Origin: an uncultured Candidatus Binatia bacterium
GTDB lineage: Bacteria; Desulfobacterota; Binatia; UBA9968; JAJDTQ01
Direction: 5' to 3'
NCBI GenBank assembly: GCA_965215605.1
Contig: OZ244070.1
Span: forward strand, 3,744,001-3,808,000
DNA length: 64,000 nucleotides
This document shows, in pieces, positions 40,593 to 50,708 of the stretch. Each line of letters begins with the position of its first letter. Positions within the stretch are counted from its first letter, which is position 1. The notes beneath the pieces are model-generated. The model was not told the origin of the DNA. It was given only the letters and a program-made list of their open reading frames with translations, and made no database searches. The position numbers and the translations under genes are program-made.

Positions 40593-41630
40593 TCACTTGG
40601 GCAGCATCCACTTGAGGCGCTCCTTGGTCTCCGGAGACATGGACAGGATCGTCTCCGTGTGCTTCTCGGCCTCCTCGCCAGACACGTACACGATGTTCAG
40701 CTTGGACTTCTTGGCGTCGGCCAGGAAGGCCGGATCCTTGAGGGTCGCGGCATAGGCCTTGCGCCAGGCCGCCAGCCGGTCCCTGGGGGTGCCCGGCGGC
40801 AGCGTCACCGGCCTCTGGAAGTTGTACTGCACCGCCCAGGCATTGAGCATTTCCACGTTCTCCTTGCCCTTGACGAGGTCCGTCACCCGCGGCAGGTCCT
40901 TCACTTCCTTGTCCGGCGGACTGCCGTGGACCAGGATGGGGATCAGCTTGTCGTCGCCCTTGGCGTCGAGCATGGATCGCGCCGTCACCCGCATGGACTC
41001 GAACGCCATGCAGACCCCGCCCAGCTCCCTCGCCTGCAAGGCCAGTCTCACGATCGCCGTACCCTTGTAACCGGGAACGACTTCGAAGATCTCTTTCCCG
41101 GAAGCGATGTTGAGGATCGTGGGCAGGGTGGTGCCGGTGCCGCCGGACGACCCGACCTTGAGGGGCTTCCCTGACTTGACCAGATCTTCCCAGCTCTTGA
41201 TGCCGGTGAATCCCATCACCGCGCAGCTCGGCCACCCGGTCACGGGCGCGCCCACCCAGCCGAGCTTCCGTGCCTTGAAGTTGACCCGCCGGCTGCCCAG
41301 CGCCTCGTGCAGCAGGAACACGTTGTTCCAGACGCCCACGGTCAGCCCGTCGGGCTTCACCTTGTTGTAGAGGTAGTTGGCGACGATGAGGCCGCCGGCG
41401 CCGGTCAGGTTCTGCACCACCGGGGTCGGGTTCCCGGGGAAGTGCTTGCTGATGTGACGCGCGGCGGCGCGGGTGTAGGTGTCGTAGCCGCCGCCGGGCG
41501 AGGCCCCCACGATGAACCGGATGGTCTTGCCCTTGAAGAAATCCTCGACGCTCCAGGCGGAGCCCGAGAGCCCGAGGACGACCGCCGGGACGACACCCAG
41601 GCCAACAATGCGGGAAAGTGCTCGTTTCAT
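40593..41630 (-). CDS. tctC: Tripartite tricarboxylate transporter substrate-binding protein (TctC/Bug)
   Basis: Signal peptide, GKTIRFIVGASPGGGYD, QNLTGAGG, KPDGLT and PPGTP motifs. Confidence 0.9.
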   Translation of the reverse strand: MKRALSRIVGLGVVPAVVLGLSGSAWSVEDFFKGKTIRFIVGASPGGGYDTYTRAAARHISKHFPGNPTPVVQNLTGAGGLIVANYLYNKVKPDGLTVGVWNNVFLLHEALGSRRVNFKARKLGWVGAPVTGWPSCAVMGFTGIKSWEDLVKSGKPLKVGSSGGTGTTLPTILNIASGKEIFEVVPGYKGTAIVRLALQARELGGVCMAFESMRVTARSMLDAKGDDKLIPILVHGSPPDKEVKDLPRVTDLVKGKENVEMLNAWAVQYNFQRPVTLPPGTPRDRLAAWRKAYAATLKDPAFLADAKKSKLNIVYVSGEEAEKHTETILSMSPETKERLKWMLPK

Positions 41631-41655
41631 GTGGTCGTCTCCCTTCGTCCACCCT

Positions 41656-42693
41656 TCACTTGGGCAGCATCCACTTGAGCCGTTCCTTGGTCTCCGCGGA
41701 CATGTTCAGGATGGTCTCCACGTACTCGTCGATCTGTTCTCCGGACACGTGCACGATGTTCAGCCGCGACTTCTTGGTGTCGGCGAGAAAGGCCGGGTCG
41801 TTGAGGGTTGCGGTGTAGGCTTTTCGCCAGGCGGCCACGCGCTCCCTGGGGGTTCCCGGAGGGAGGGTCAGAGGGCGCTGGAAGTTGTATTGCAGCCCCC
41901 AGGCGTTGAGCATGGCCACGTTGTCCTTGCCCTTGACGATGTCACGCACCCGCGGAATGTTCTGGACTTCCTTGTCCGGCGGATCGCCGTAGACCACGAT
42001 CGGGATCAGCTTGTCGCCGCCCTTGGCGTCCAGCATCGACCGGGCGGTGACCCGCATGGACTCGAATGACATGCAAAGCCCGCCCAGCTCCCGCGCCTGC
42101 AAGGCCAGCCGCACCGGCGCCGTACCCCTGTATCCGGGAATGATCTCGAAGAGCTGCCTGCCGGTGGTCGTATTGAGAATCGTCGGCAGGGTGGTGCCTG
42201 TGCCGCCCGCGGATCCCATCTTGATGGGTTTGCCGGACTTCAGCACATCGTCCCAGGTCTTGAGGCCGGTGAACCCCATGACCGCGCAACTCGGCCATCC
42301 GGTGACGGGTGCGCCGACCCAGCCGAAGTTCCGCGCCTTGAAGTGGACCCGCCGGCTGCCCAGGGCCTCGTGCACGACGAAGATGTTGTTCCAGACCCCC
42401 ACGGTCAGGCCGTCCGGTTTCGTCTTGTTGTAGATGTAGTTGCCGGCGATGAGACCGCCCGCACCGGTCAGGTTCTGTACGACGGATGTCGGGTTCCCGG
42501 GGAAATGTTTGCCGATGTGGCGTGCGGTAGCCCTCGTATAGCCATCGTAGCCGCCGCCGGGCGCATGGCCCACGATGAACCGGATGGTCTTGCCCTTGTA
42601 GAAATCCGCCACGCTCCACGCGGTCCCCGACAGCCCGAGGACGAGGGCCAGGGTCACGCCAACCTTGATCGCGGCCGCAAATGCACGTGTCAT
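41656..42693 (-). CDS. tctC: TctC/Bug substrate-binding protein, tandem paralog
   Basis: Same motifs and same 345-aa length as its neighbour. GAAGGGAG RBS precedes ATG 42693. Confidence 0.9.
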   Translation of the reverse strand: MTRAFAAAIKVGVTLALVLGLSGTAWSVADFYKGKTIRFIVGHAPGGGYDGYTRATARHIGKHFPGNPTSVVQNLTGAGGLIAGNYIYNKTKPDGLTVGVWNNIFVVHEALGSRRVHFKARNFGWVGAPVTGWPSCAVMGFTGLKTWDDVLKSGKPIKMGSAGGTGTTLPTILNTTTGRQLFEIIPGYRGTAPVRLALQARELGGLCMSFESMRVTARSMLDAKGGDKLIPIVVYGDPPDKEVQNIPRVRDIVKGKDNVAMLNAWGLQYNFQRPLTLPPGTPRERVAAWRKAYTATLNDPAFLADTKKSRLNIVHVSGEQIDEYVETILNMSAETKERLKWMLPK

Positions 42694-42893
42694 GAGAACT
42701 CCCTTCTTGGTGAGAAACGCTGTCCTTAAGGCCACACACCATGCAAAAGACCATGGAGATTGTCAAGAACAAGGACATCCCAAGAACGGCGGGGACGGAG
42801 GCCATTCGGCTGTTGCCTATTCGATCCCCTTGTTGTAGGTGCTTACGCAGCCGCGCGTTCCAACGGACCCATACAAGTGGAAGGGCACGAACC

Positions 42894-43820
42894 ATGCTGA
42901 GCCAGCAAGCGATAGCAAAAACGGTCACTGCTCTATGGAAGACAAATCAGTATGATCTGCCCGAGGACTTCAAGTCGTTTCTCCAGGAACAACACGACAA
43001 GGAGACCAGCGAACTGGGGAAGGCCCACCTCAAGGCGAACCTGGACGCGGTGGCCAGCGCCTCGGCCCGGAGCATGCCTTTCTGCGCCGATACCGGGCTT
43101 CTGACCTACTACGTCGGCCTGGGCACCGCCGTAATCGGCGACATCGAGGGCGGCTGCCAGGCGCTGGAACGCACCCTTCGCGAGGTCAGCGCCGAGGTCA
43201 CTTCGGAAATCCCCTTGCGGCCCAACGCGGTCCATCCCCTCACGCGCCACAACCCCAACACCAACCAGGGTCCGGGTTGCCCGGACATCAAGGTGCGGGT
43301 AGTGCCCGACGCCGACTACCTGGAGATCACCAACGTGGCGGTGGGCGGCGGCCCCGAGTTGGTGGGCAGCAAGTTCACCGTGCTGCCGCCCACCGCGGGC
43401 GAGAAGGGCGTGCGGAAGTTCGTGGTGGAGTCCACTATCAACCTGGTGCGCCTCGGCGCCACCTGCTCGCCCAACCTGGTGGGGGTGGGGCTGGGCGGCA
43501 CCTTCGAAACCTGCACCCGGATGGCCAAGGAAGCCGCCATCCTGCGTCCGGTGGGGGACCGCAATCCCGACCCCGAGCTGGCCCGGCTCGAGGACCAGCT
43601 CATGGACGACATCCTCAGGCTGAAGCTGGGTCCCATGGGCATGGGCGGCGCCACCTCGGCCTTCGACGTCCACCTGGAAATGGCCTACTGCCACATGGCG
43701 ACCCTGCCGGTGGCGGTCTACCTCCAGTGCGCCGCCATGCGCCGCACCACCGTGCGCATGTACGCCGACGGCCGGGTCGAGAGCCTGCCGCTGTCGAGTT
43801 GGATGGAGCGGGACCCATGA
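42894..43820 (+). CDS. Fe-S hydro-lyase alpha subunit (fumarate hydratase/tartrate dehydratase family)
   Basis: PFCADTG, PLRPNAV, CSPNLVGVGLGG, GPMGMGG and CHMATLPV...QC motifs. Confidence 0.88.
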   Translation: MLSQQAIAKTVTALWKTNQYDLPEDFKSFLQEQHDKETSELGKAHLKANLDAVASASARSMPFCADTGLLTYYVGLGTAVIGDIEGGCQALERTLREVSAEVTSEIPLRPNAVHPLTRHNPNTNQGPGCPDIKVRVVPDADYLEITNVAVGGGPELVGSKFTVLPPTAGEKGVRKFVVESTINLVRLGATCSPNLVGVGLGGTFETCTRMAKEAAILRPVGDRNPDPELARLEDQLMDDILRLKLGPMGMGGATSAFDVHLEMAYCHMATLPVAVYLQCAAMRRTTVRMYADGRVESLPLSSWMERDP

Positions 43821-43871
43821 CCCGCGGGCAATGCCATCGTACACGGGACGGCATGACCTTCACTCGGGGTC

Positions 43872-44627
43872 TTGCTGTTTGACACCGCCACTGTCCTGGC
43901 CATCGCCGGAACCTTCCTGATCGCGGGCACGGTCAAAGGGGTCATCGGTCTTGGCCTTCCGACCGTGAGCCTCGCCCTTCTGGCGGTGGCGCTCCATCTG
44001 CCGAATGCCATGGCCGTGCTCCTCGTGCCATCCTTCGTGACCAACGTCTGGCAGGCCCTGGCCGGCGGCCATGGCCGAGTCCTCCTTCACCGGATCTGGC
44101 CGTTTCTGCTGGTGGCGGCGGGCACGGTACAGTTGGGAGCAATGGCGCTGACGCGGGTCGATCCCTCGCTGCTCACAGCGCTCCTCGGGTTGCTGCTCGT
44201 GGCGTACGCCGCCGCGAATCTGGCCGGACTGCGGTTCCGGCTGGAAGCCCGTCATGAGGGGTGGGCAGGGGCCTCGTTGGGACTTGTCAACGGAGTGCTG
44301 GCGGGAATGACGGGATCCTTCGGGATCCCTGGGGTGATGTACCTTCAGGCCCTCGGGCTGTCGAGAGACGCGCTGATCCAGGCCATGGGCATGCTCTTCA
44401 CGGTATCGACGCTGGCCCTTGGTTTCGCGCTTCAGGCCGGCAACCTGCTGCGACTCGAGCACGGTGTCCTTTCCACCATGGCCCTGGTGCCCGCTCTTGT
44501 GGGAATGGTCATCGGGCAGCGAATTCGGAAACGGCTCTCGGAGCAGTTGTTCAGGAAGATATTCTTCTTTTCCCTCCTTGCGCTGGGCGCCTACCTCGCC
44601 TCCCGCGCATTCGCTGGCTTGCAATGA
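43872..44627 (+). CDS. Sulfite exporter TauE/SafE family membrane protein
   Basis: AGTVKGVIGLG and GLVNGVLAGMTG motifs, about 8 TM helices. Confidence 0.85.
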   Translation: MLFDTATVLAIAGTFLIAGTVKGVIGLGLPTVSLALLAVALHLPNAMAVLLVPSFVTNVWQALAGGHGRVLLHRIWPFLLVAAGTVQLGAMALTRVDPSLLTALLGLLLVAYAAANLAGLRFRLEARHEGWAGASLGLVNGVLAGMTGSFGIPGVMYLQALGLSRDALIQAMGMLFTVSTLALGFALQAGNLLRLEHGVLSTMALVPALVGMVIGQRIRKRLSEQLFRKIFFFSLLALGAYLASRAFAGLQ

Positions 44628-44673
44628 CCGGGGCGTCCACATAGGCTCCACAAGGTTCCGGGAGGAACATGAC

Positions 44674-45285
44674 ATGAAGTCCGTCCATCTGCAGAGCCCG
44701 ATATCCGAGGAAGCCCTGCGCGCTCTCGACGCCGGCGATTCGGTCACCGTCAGCGGACGCCTGTTCACCTGCAGGTCGCTGACCTACGATCGCCTGATCG
44801 ATCCCGAGGCGGGGGAGGGCGTGCGCAACCGCCTAAGGGCGCTCGGTGCCGAGACCGTGTTCCACAGCGGCCCGCTGGTCAAGGAAGGGCCGGACCACGC
44901 CGAGATGATCGCCATGGTGCCCATGCCGAGCTGGCTCGCCGGACGCGAGAAGATCGAGAAGGCCGTCGGCCTGTTGGGTCTCAAGCTGATCATCGGCAAG
45001 GGCATGCTCGAAGGGCTGGAAGAGTTCTGCAAGAAGGCCGGCTGCGTGCACCTCGTATGCGCCGGCAACTATAACGAGTACGCCTCGAGCGTCGTCAAGG
45101 TTATCGAATGCGCCTGGCCCGAGCTGGGCCGGCCCGAGGCCATGTGGATCGTGGAGGCGGACGGTTTGGGCCCTCTCATCGTCGACGCCGACACCAAGGG
45201 CAGAAGCCTGTATCAGGACATCGACGTGGAGTTCAAGTCCGACGCCGCGGCGTTGCTGGAGGAGTTGGGGATCGACTTGGACTAA
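44674..45285 (+). CDS. Fe-S hydro-lyase beta subunit
   Basis: LDAGDSVTVSGRLFT, FHSGP, IIGKG, ELGRPEAMW and GPLIVDADTKG motifs. Confidence 0.87.
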   Translation: MKSVHLQSPISEEALRALDAGDSVTVSGRLFTCRSLTYDRLIDPEAGEGVRNRLRALGAETVFHSGPLVKEGPDHAEMIAMVPMPSWLAGREKIEKAVGLLGLKLIIGKGMLEGLEEFCKKAGCVHLVCAGNYNEYASSVVKVIECAWPELGRPEAMWIVEADGLGPLIVDADTKGRSLYQDIDVEFKSDAAALLEELGIDLD

Positions 45286-45508
45286 CGGATACCGACCAGC
45301 TCGGCGAATGCCCGATCGGTGCGGAAAATCCGAGGGACCCCGGAGCCGGGCTCGGGAGAATACGCGTGCCGGCGTGGGACACGGGTGACAACCGCGAAAC
45401 GCCGGCGTGTCCGTCATGGCTATTGGGGTCCCCTGCTTGGCCACGCTGGTTTACGATCCTCAAGTGATCCTGTACGATCCTTGAAGATATCCGGCATCCA
45501 GGCAACGG

Positions 45509-48500
45509 ATGCCACGGGTGGTAATGATGCGACAGCCTCAATTCATGGAACGCCGGCTACGTTCCGGAAGGGTCCGTCATCATTCTGGACGCGGCGGTAT
45601 TCTGGTTCATGTTTTGTGCGCCTTCCTGGCCTTGAGTCAGGCGAGCTTCGCGTTTGCTCAGCAGATGACGGAGGAGGAGAAGCAAGAGCAGAAGGAACTC
45701 GAGAAGCTCATCGGCAAGGAAAAGGACATCCAGTTCAAAACAGAGAGCTCGGACAAGGGCAAGGATGGTTTCGGTTCGGTCAAAGGTGATCCGAAGAGCC
45801 ATGACCCCGGGACCGATCCGAAGACACAGGAAATGATCCGAACTTATGAGGACCAGGTTGACACCACGCCTGGCACCAAGCTCGACCGGGCTGTCACACA
45901 CCGTTCTTCCGTCCATCTAGAAGGTGAGCTCAAGAAGCAGGTCGCCCGACTGGGCGGAAGCGTCCCGGCCGATGACATAGACCAGCACGTGGTCTTTCGA
46001 CCGAGTGAGGCCGCCAAGACCGACGCCGCGCTGAAAGATTGGGAGAAGAAACACTGGCGGCAACTGATCCGCGACCACAAGACGGAGCAGCTAAAACAGT
46101 CGCTACTGAGTCACGTCGAAGCGCCGCCAACCAAGCCTGTAGAACCAGGCTCGGGCGAAACCGGCCGCTTGAGCGGCAAGGGCGGCGGCCAGTCCCCCCA
46201 TAAGTCAAAGTTTTTCCAGATGATGCAGGCTGCGGGTGCGCTCAAGAAACCCGCGCCGGACAGCGCCAAGTCCACCGCCGCCCCCGGAAGCCAGGTCGCC
46301 TCCAAGGGTTCCACCCCAGGCGCCTCGCCAGCATCCGGAGGAATGCCGGGTTCACAGGCCAGCCGCCAGCCCTCAACCGCCAAGACCGCCGCTCCCAAGG
46401 GCGCAACAGCAGCGGGCGCGAAATCCACCGCCGCCCCCGGAAGCCAGGTCGCCTCCAAGGGTTCCACCCCAGGCGCCTCGCCAGCATCCGGAGGAATGCC
46501 GGGTTCACAGGCCAGCCGCCAGCCCTCAACCGCCAAGACCGCCGCTCCCAAGGGCGCAACAGCAGCGGGCGCGAAATCCACCGCCGCCCCCGGAAGCCAG
46601 GTCGCCTCCATGGGTTCCACCCCAGGCGCCTCGCCAGCATCCGGAGGAATGCCGGGTTCACAGGCCAGCCGCCAGCCGCCAACCGCCAAGACCGCCGCTC
46701 CCAAGGGCGCAACAGCAGCAGGCGCCAAGTCCACCGCCGCCCCCGGAAGCCAGGTCGCCTCCATGGGTTCCACCCCAGGCGCCTCGCCTCCATGGGTTCC
46801 ACCCCAGGCGCCTCGCCAGCATCCGGAGGAATGCCGGGTTCACAGACCAGCCGCCAGCCCTCAACCGCCAAGACCGCCGCTCCCAAGGGCGCAACAGCAG
46901 CGGGCGCCAAGTCCACCGCCGCCCCCGGAAGCCAGGTCGCCTCCATGGGTTCCACCCCAGGCGCCTCGCCGCATCCGGAGGAATGCCGGGTTCACAGACC
47001 CAGCCCCCAACCGCCAAGCAACCGTCAGGGCGCAACAGCAGACCGCCGGAAGCCAGGTCGCCTCCATGGGTTCCACCCCAGGCGCCTCGTCAGCATCCTC
47101 CCAAGGGCGCAAGAACAGCAGCAGCGGGCGCCAAGTCCACCGCCGCCCCCGGAAGCCAGGTCGCCTCCATGGGTTCCACCCCAGGCGCCTCGTCAGCATC
47201 CGGGGGAATGCCGGGTTCACAGGCCAGCCGCCAGCCGTCTTCCGTCCAGAGCACGGCTGGACAGCCTACATCGACGCCATCGGGCACCGGTACCGCTCGG
47301 AGAGGCCAGATTGCGAGTCTGCAGCAACCCGCCGACTCAGCGACCTCGAGTGGCACATCGCCAGGGAATGCCGAGGCCGGACGTACCCCGCCCTCGGCCG
47401 GGACAGGAACACAGGGGGCAGGGCAGTCAACTGGCGACCCTCTGGCCTCGTCGTTTGGAACTCAATTCAGCTTTGAAAGGGAGCGGCAGGCGCTGACCGC
47501 ACCGGACTCCGGCCCGGACGCGGCGACTCAGGGGGCGCAGCCGCCCGGTTCAACGTCGGCGGACCGACGGGTGGCCGCTCTCGCCGATCCATCGAAACCC
47601 GGAGGCTCTCACGCTGCCAGCGGAGAAGGCAGCCCCGGAGAACCCTCACGTTCCGGCACGACGGAACTCGCGGTTGCCGGCGACCAGGTCCACGGGGCCG
47701 GCACTGGCGAGAAGCCGCCTGGACAGAGCCCGGGAGACGGTTCCGAACAGCAATTGTCCGAAGCCGGCAAAACGCCGGACGACCAGAGCGGCATACCGTC
47801 CGGTACCGAAACCGCCGCGGCACCCTCCAGCGGACCGGAAACCGGGACCCGCGAGGTGACATCCGGCGATACGCCCGATGTCACCTCGCGGGACAGTGCG
47901 TCCAAGGAGCCCGAAGGAACCGGCTCCGAACAGTCGACCCAGGTGGCCGTTCCCTCGCCCCACGATCACACCGGGGATGCAACCGCGGGTACAGAGTCGG
48001 GTGGCGACGACCGGCCAAGCACCAGCGGGAGTGATTCCGAACCCCAGGAAGTTGCCGAGCGCGCCAGCGCCCCCGAGGGCGAGCGTCCGCGCATCGCCGA
48101 TAAAACGGCCCTCTCCCCGGAGGAAATGGATAAAGCCCTCGATGCCGTAGACAAGCTCGAGAAGGGCGAGGTCCTTGCCGAAGCGGACCGGGAACTCCTC
48201 CGAAGACTCGGAGCCGAGGTGGCGGGCGAAAACCGTTCCGCAAACGAGTATGACACGTTGGCCTCCCGTTGCCATGGTGTTGCCAAAGACTTCAAGGAAA
48301 TGGAGGAGGAAAACAAGGAGCGCCTGGGCACTTTCTATAAGGTTGCCACCTCGGCGGCTGCCGTTGACGAGGGGTATCCTGTGGCATCCAAACTCTTTCT
48401 CAAGACTGTTGCCGCTGTCCCAGCGGGGGCCGAGGCGAAGCAGGTGGCGAATGCCGGCAAACACACCATCGAGACAACCGAAGACCTTACGTCAAAATCG

Positions 48501-48998
48501 ATGGTTGAGACCCTGGAAAATGTAGCCGAGCGGGCCGCTGAGTTTCTTCCGGCACCTATTGATGATCGTCTGCAGGCTGCGGCCGAAGGCTTGCGGTCGA
48601 GGCGACAACTCAAGGAACTCTCCAGGTTGGACCCCGACTCTGCAGAATACAAAGCCAAGGTACGGCAGTTCGCGGAGGAAAAGAAGTCCAGGCTGGCAAG
48701 GAGACAGTGCCGATCGCTCAAAGGGATCGCGTTGGGCGAGGAGGGGTGTAGACTGGCCTTTGCGGGGGAGTCCGCTGTTGTCGCTGGAGGAAAGATCGGG
48801 GCAAGTCTGCATGACAACCTCGCTTGGAGCAAGGCCGAGAACCAGAGGCGGGAAGCTGCCGAGCAGTATGCCCTGAAGCGTAGAATCGAGTTCCAAGAAT
48901 GCGCCCGGATCGAGAGGTTCAAGGCGCAACTGGCACGGTGCCGGGATGGATACGCCGGGTGTCCGTTTTCCTCGGCGAGCCCCTTGCGCCCGGAGTAG
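45509..48998 (+). CDS. Large secreted Ser/Ala/Pro/Gly-rich repeat protein (~1150 aa if joined), interrupted by frameshifts inside the repeat tract
   Basis: ORF 45509..47476 has a signal-peptide-like LCAFLALSQASFAFA|QQ and the repeat in frame. ORF 46236..48998 carries the last repeat copy and a unique C-terminus. The start could be as late as ATG 45545. Confidence 0.65.
46265..47240 (+). repeat. 153-bp (51-aa) intragenic tandem repeat: 3 near-perfect copies plus about 4 rearranged or partial copies
   Basis: The unit AKSTAAPGSQVAS(K/M)GSTPGASPASGGMPGSQASRQPSTAKTAAPKGATAAG recurs at 46268, 46421, 46574 and 46727, then at 46909 (extra 29-nt duplication), followed by scrambled copies. Confidence 0.95.
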
Positions 48999-49006
48999 CC
49001 CCTGCC

Positions 49007-49321
49007 TTGATTATCAAGATCGGAAGAGCGCCGGGAAACGACTTCGTCATCGAGAATCCCACCGTGTCGCGTGAACACGCGGTGCTGGAGATCGAGGACG
49101 GGCAGATCGTCCTGCGGGATATCGGCAGCAAGTCGGGAACCTACGTGCTGGTCAACGGCAAGCCGGAACGGACCACCTATACGGTGGTCGCCGAGAACAC
49201 TTCGATCATGGTCGGGAACGAGCGTCTGCGCATCCACGACGTAGTTGACGCGGCATCCCGGAAGAGCCGCAAGGTCACCTACGTTCGCAACCCGATGACG
49301 GGCGAGATCGAGAAGCGATGA
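49007..49321 (+). CDS. FHA domain protein
   Basis: IKIGRAPGND, VSREHA and DIGSKSGTYV motifs. A TTG start after GGAG is assumed. Confidence 0.88.
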   Translation: MIIKIGRAPGNDFVIENPTVSREHAVLEIEDGQIVLRDIGSKSGTYVLVNGKPERTTYTVVAENTSIMVGNERLRIHDVVDAASRKSRKVTYVRNPMTGEIEKR

Positions 49322-50064
49322 AGCGGTTGTCATTTGCCGTTGGCGCCGCATGCCTGGCCGTCGTCCTGCTGTGCGCGATGCATCTCTACCTCTCGGACTC
49401 CGCGGCCAAGATTGTCCTGGACCGGGGCGGTCGGACGTACCCGTTCTCGGTCCAGAACGTCATGTGGATCATCTTCTTTGTCGGGCTGGCGGAAATCGTT
49501 CTCCGCTACCTCGAGGCGAGAGAGGAGGGCAGACAGCTCGGTTTCCGGTATCTGCCGGAGGACGAGGAGACGCTTCTCGTCGCGACCGACCTTCCGGCGG
49601 TGTACAAGAAGGTCTCCCTCGCCACGGGCTCCGACTACCTCTTCCTGCCGTCGCTCATCAAGCGAATCATCTCGGTGTTCCAGACCACGAAATCGGTCGA
49701 GAATGCGAGCGCCGTGCTCAACAGCAGCATCGATCTGCGCTCCCACGACCTCGACCTGAAATACAACATTCTGCGCTATGTCATGTGGGTCATTCCGACC
49801 CTCGGCTTCATCGGCACGGTGATCGGGATCTCGGATGCGCTGGCCTACGCAGGCGAGCCTGGGCGCAGCCAGGACCCCAATCTGCTGACCGAGCTCACGG
49901 CCCGGCTGGCGGTGGCATTCTATACGACGCTGGTTGCACTGGTGATGTCCGCCTTTCTCGTCCTCGTCATGAACGTGGTGCAGAGCTTCGAGGAGCGGAT
50001 CATCAACAGGTGCGGCCAGTATTGTCTGGATAATCTGGTCAATCGACTCTACAAGGTAGAATAG
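49318..50064 (+). CDS. MotA/TolQ/ExbB ion-channel family protein
   Basis: IPTLGFIGTVIGIS and LAVAFYTTLVAL signature helices, four hydrophobic segments, ATGA overlap. Confidence 0.9.
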   Translation: MKRLSFAVGAACLAVVLLCAMHLYLSDSAAKIVLDRGGRTYPFSVQNVMWIIFFVGLAEIVLRYLEAREEGRQLGFRYLPEDEETLLVATDLPAVYKKVSLATGSDYLFLPSLIKRIISVFQTTKSVENASAVLNSSIDLRSHDLDLKYNILRYVMWVIPTLGFIGTVIGISDALAYAGEPGRSQDPNLLTELTARLAVAFYTTLVALVMSAFLVLVMNVVQSFEERIINRCGQYCLDNLVNRLYKVE

Positions 50065-50067
50065 GTT

Positions 50068-50688
50068 ATGTTCAGACGGAAACGGAACACAAGCAAGGCG
50101 CCCGAGATTCCGGCCGTCTCCCGGAACCAGGAAATCGACGAGGACGAGACGATCGTCATCGACCTGTCCGAGCCGCACCAGCCGGGCCCCGAGGCCGTCA
50201 CGCTGGAACTGCCGGAAGAGGTCGAGGTGTCCGTATCGTCACCCGCTCTCGGGACCCCCGATGAAACGGTGGTGCTCACGGCCGGGTCGCGCGCAACCGC
50301 GCCGCCGCCGCCGGCCGGACCCGCCCCCGGGCCCATGTCCGCGGTCGACCCCGGCAATCGCGCCGGGTGGCTCGTGGTGGTTTCCGATTCCGGTTTCGGC
50401 CGCGCCTTCGGCCTGTCTCTCGGGCGCAGCACCGCCGGCCGCTCGGCGGCAAATGCCATATCGATCGACTGGGACGTGGCCGTCTCGGCCGAGGCGCATG
50501 CCATCATCGCCGCGGACCCGAAGTCCCGGAAGTTCTACGTCGTTGCCGGCAACTCGACCAATCTTGCCTATCTGAATGGCGCGCCGATCCTTAATACCGA
50601 GGAAATGTCCGATGGCGACAGGCTTCAGATCGGTGAGACCGAGATGGTGTTCGTCCAGCTCTTCGGCAAGTATGTCGACTGGCGCTGA
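50068..50688 (+). CDS. FHA domain protein with acidic/Pro-rich N-terminal region
   Basis: GWLVVVS, AGRS, VSAEAHA, STNLAYLNG and GDRLQIGET motifs. Confidence 0.87.
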   Translation: MFRRKRNTSKAPEIPAVSRNQEIDEDETIVIDLSEPHQPGPEAVTLELPEEVEVSVSSPALGTPDETVVLTAGSRATAPPPPAGPAPGPMSAVDPGNRAGWLVVVSDSGFGRAFGLSLGRSTAGRSAANAISIDWDVAVSAEAHAIIAADPKSRKFYVVAGNSTNLAYLNGAPILNTEEMSDGDRLQIGETEMVFVQLFGKYVDWR

Positions 50689-50708
50689 GGGCATCGGAAA
50701 GGTGCGAG

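Noticed and set aside
46265-47240. Possible CRISPR array
   Set aside because: The units are 153 nt, head-to-tail, with no unique spacers. They encode a peptide repeat and no cas genes are present.
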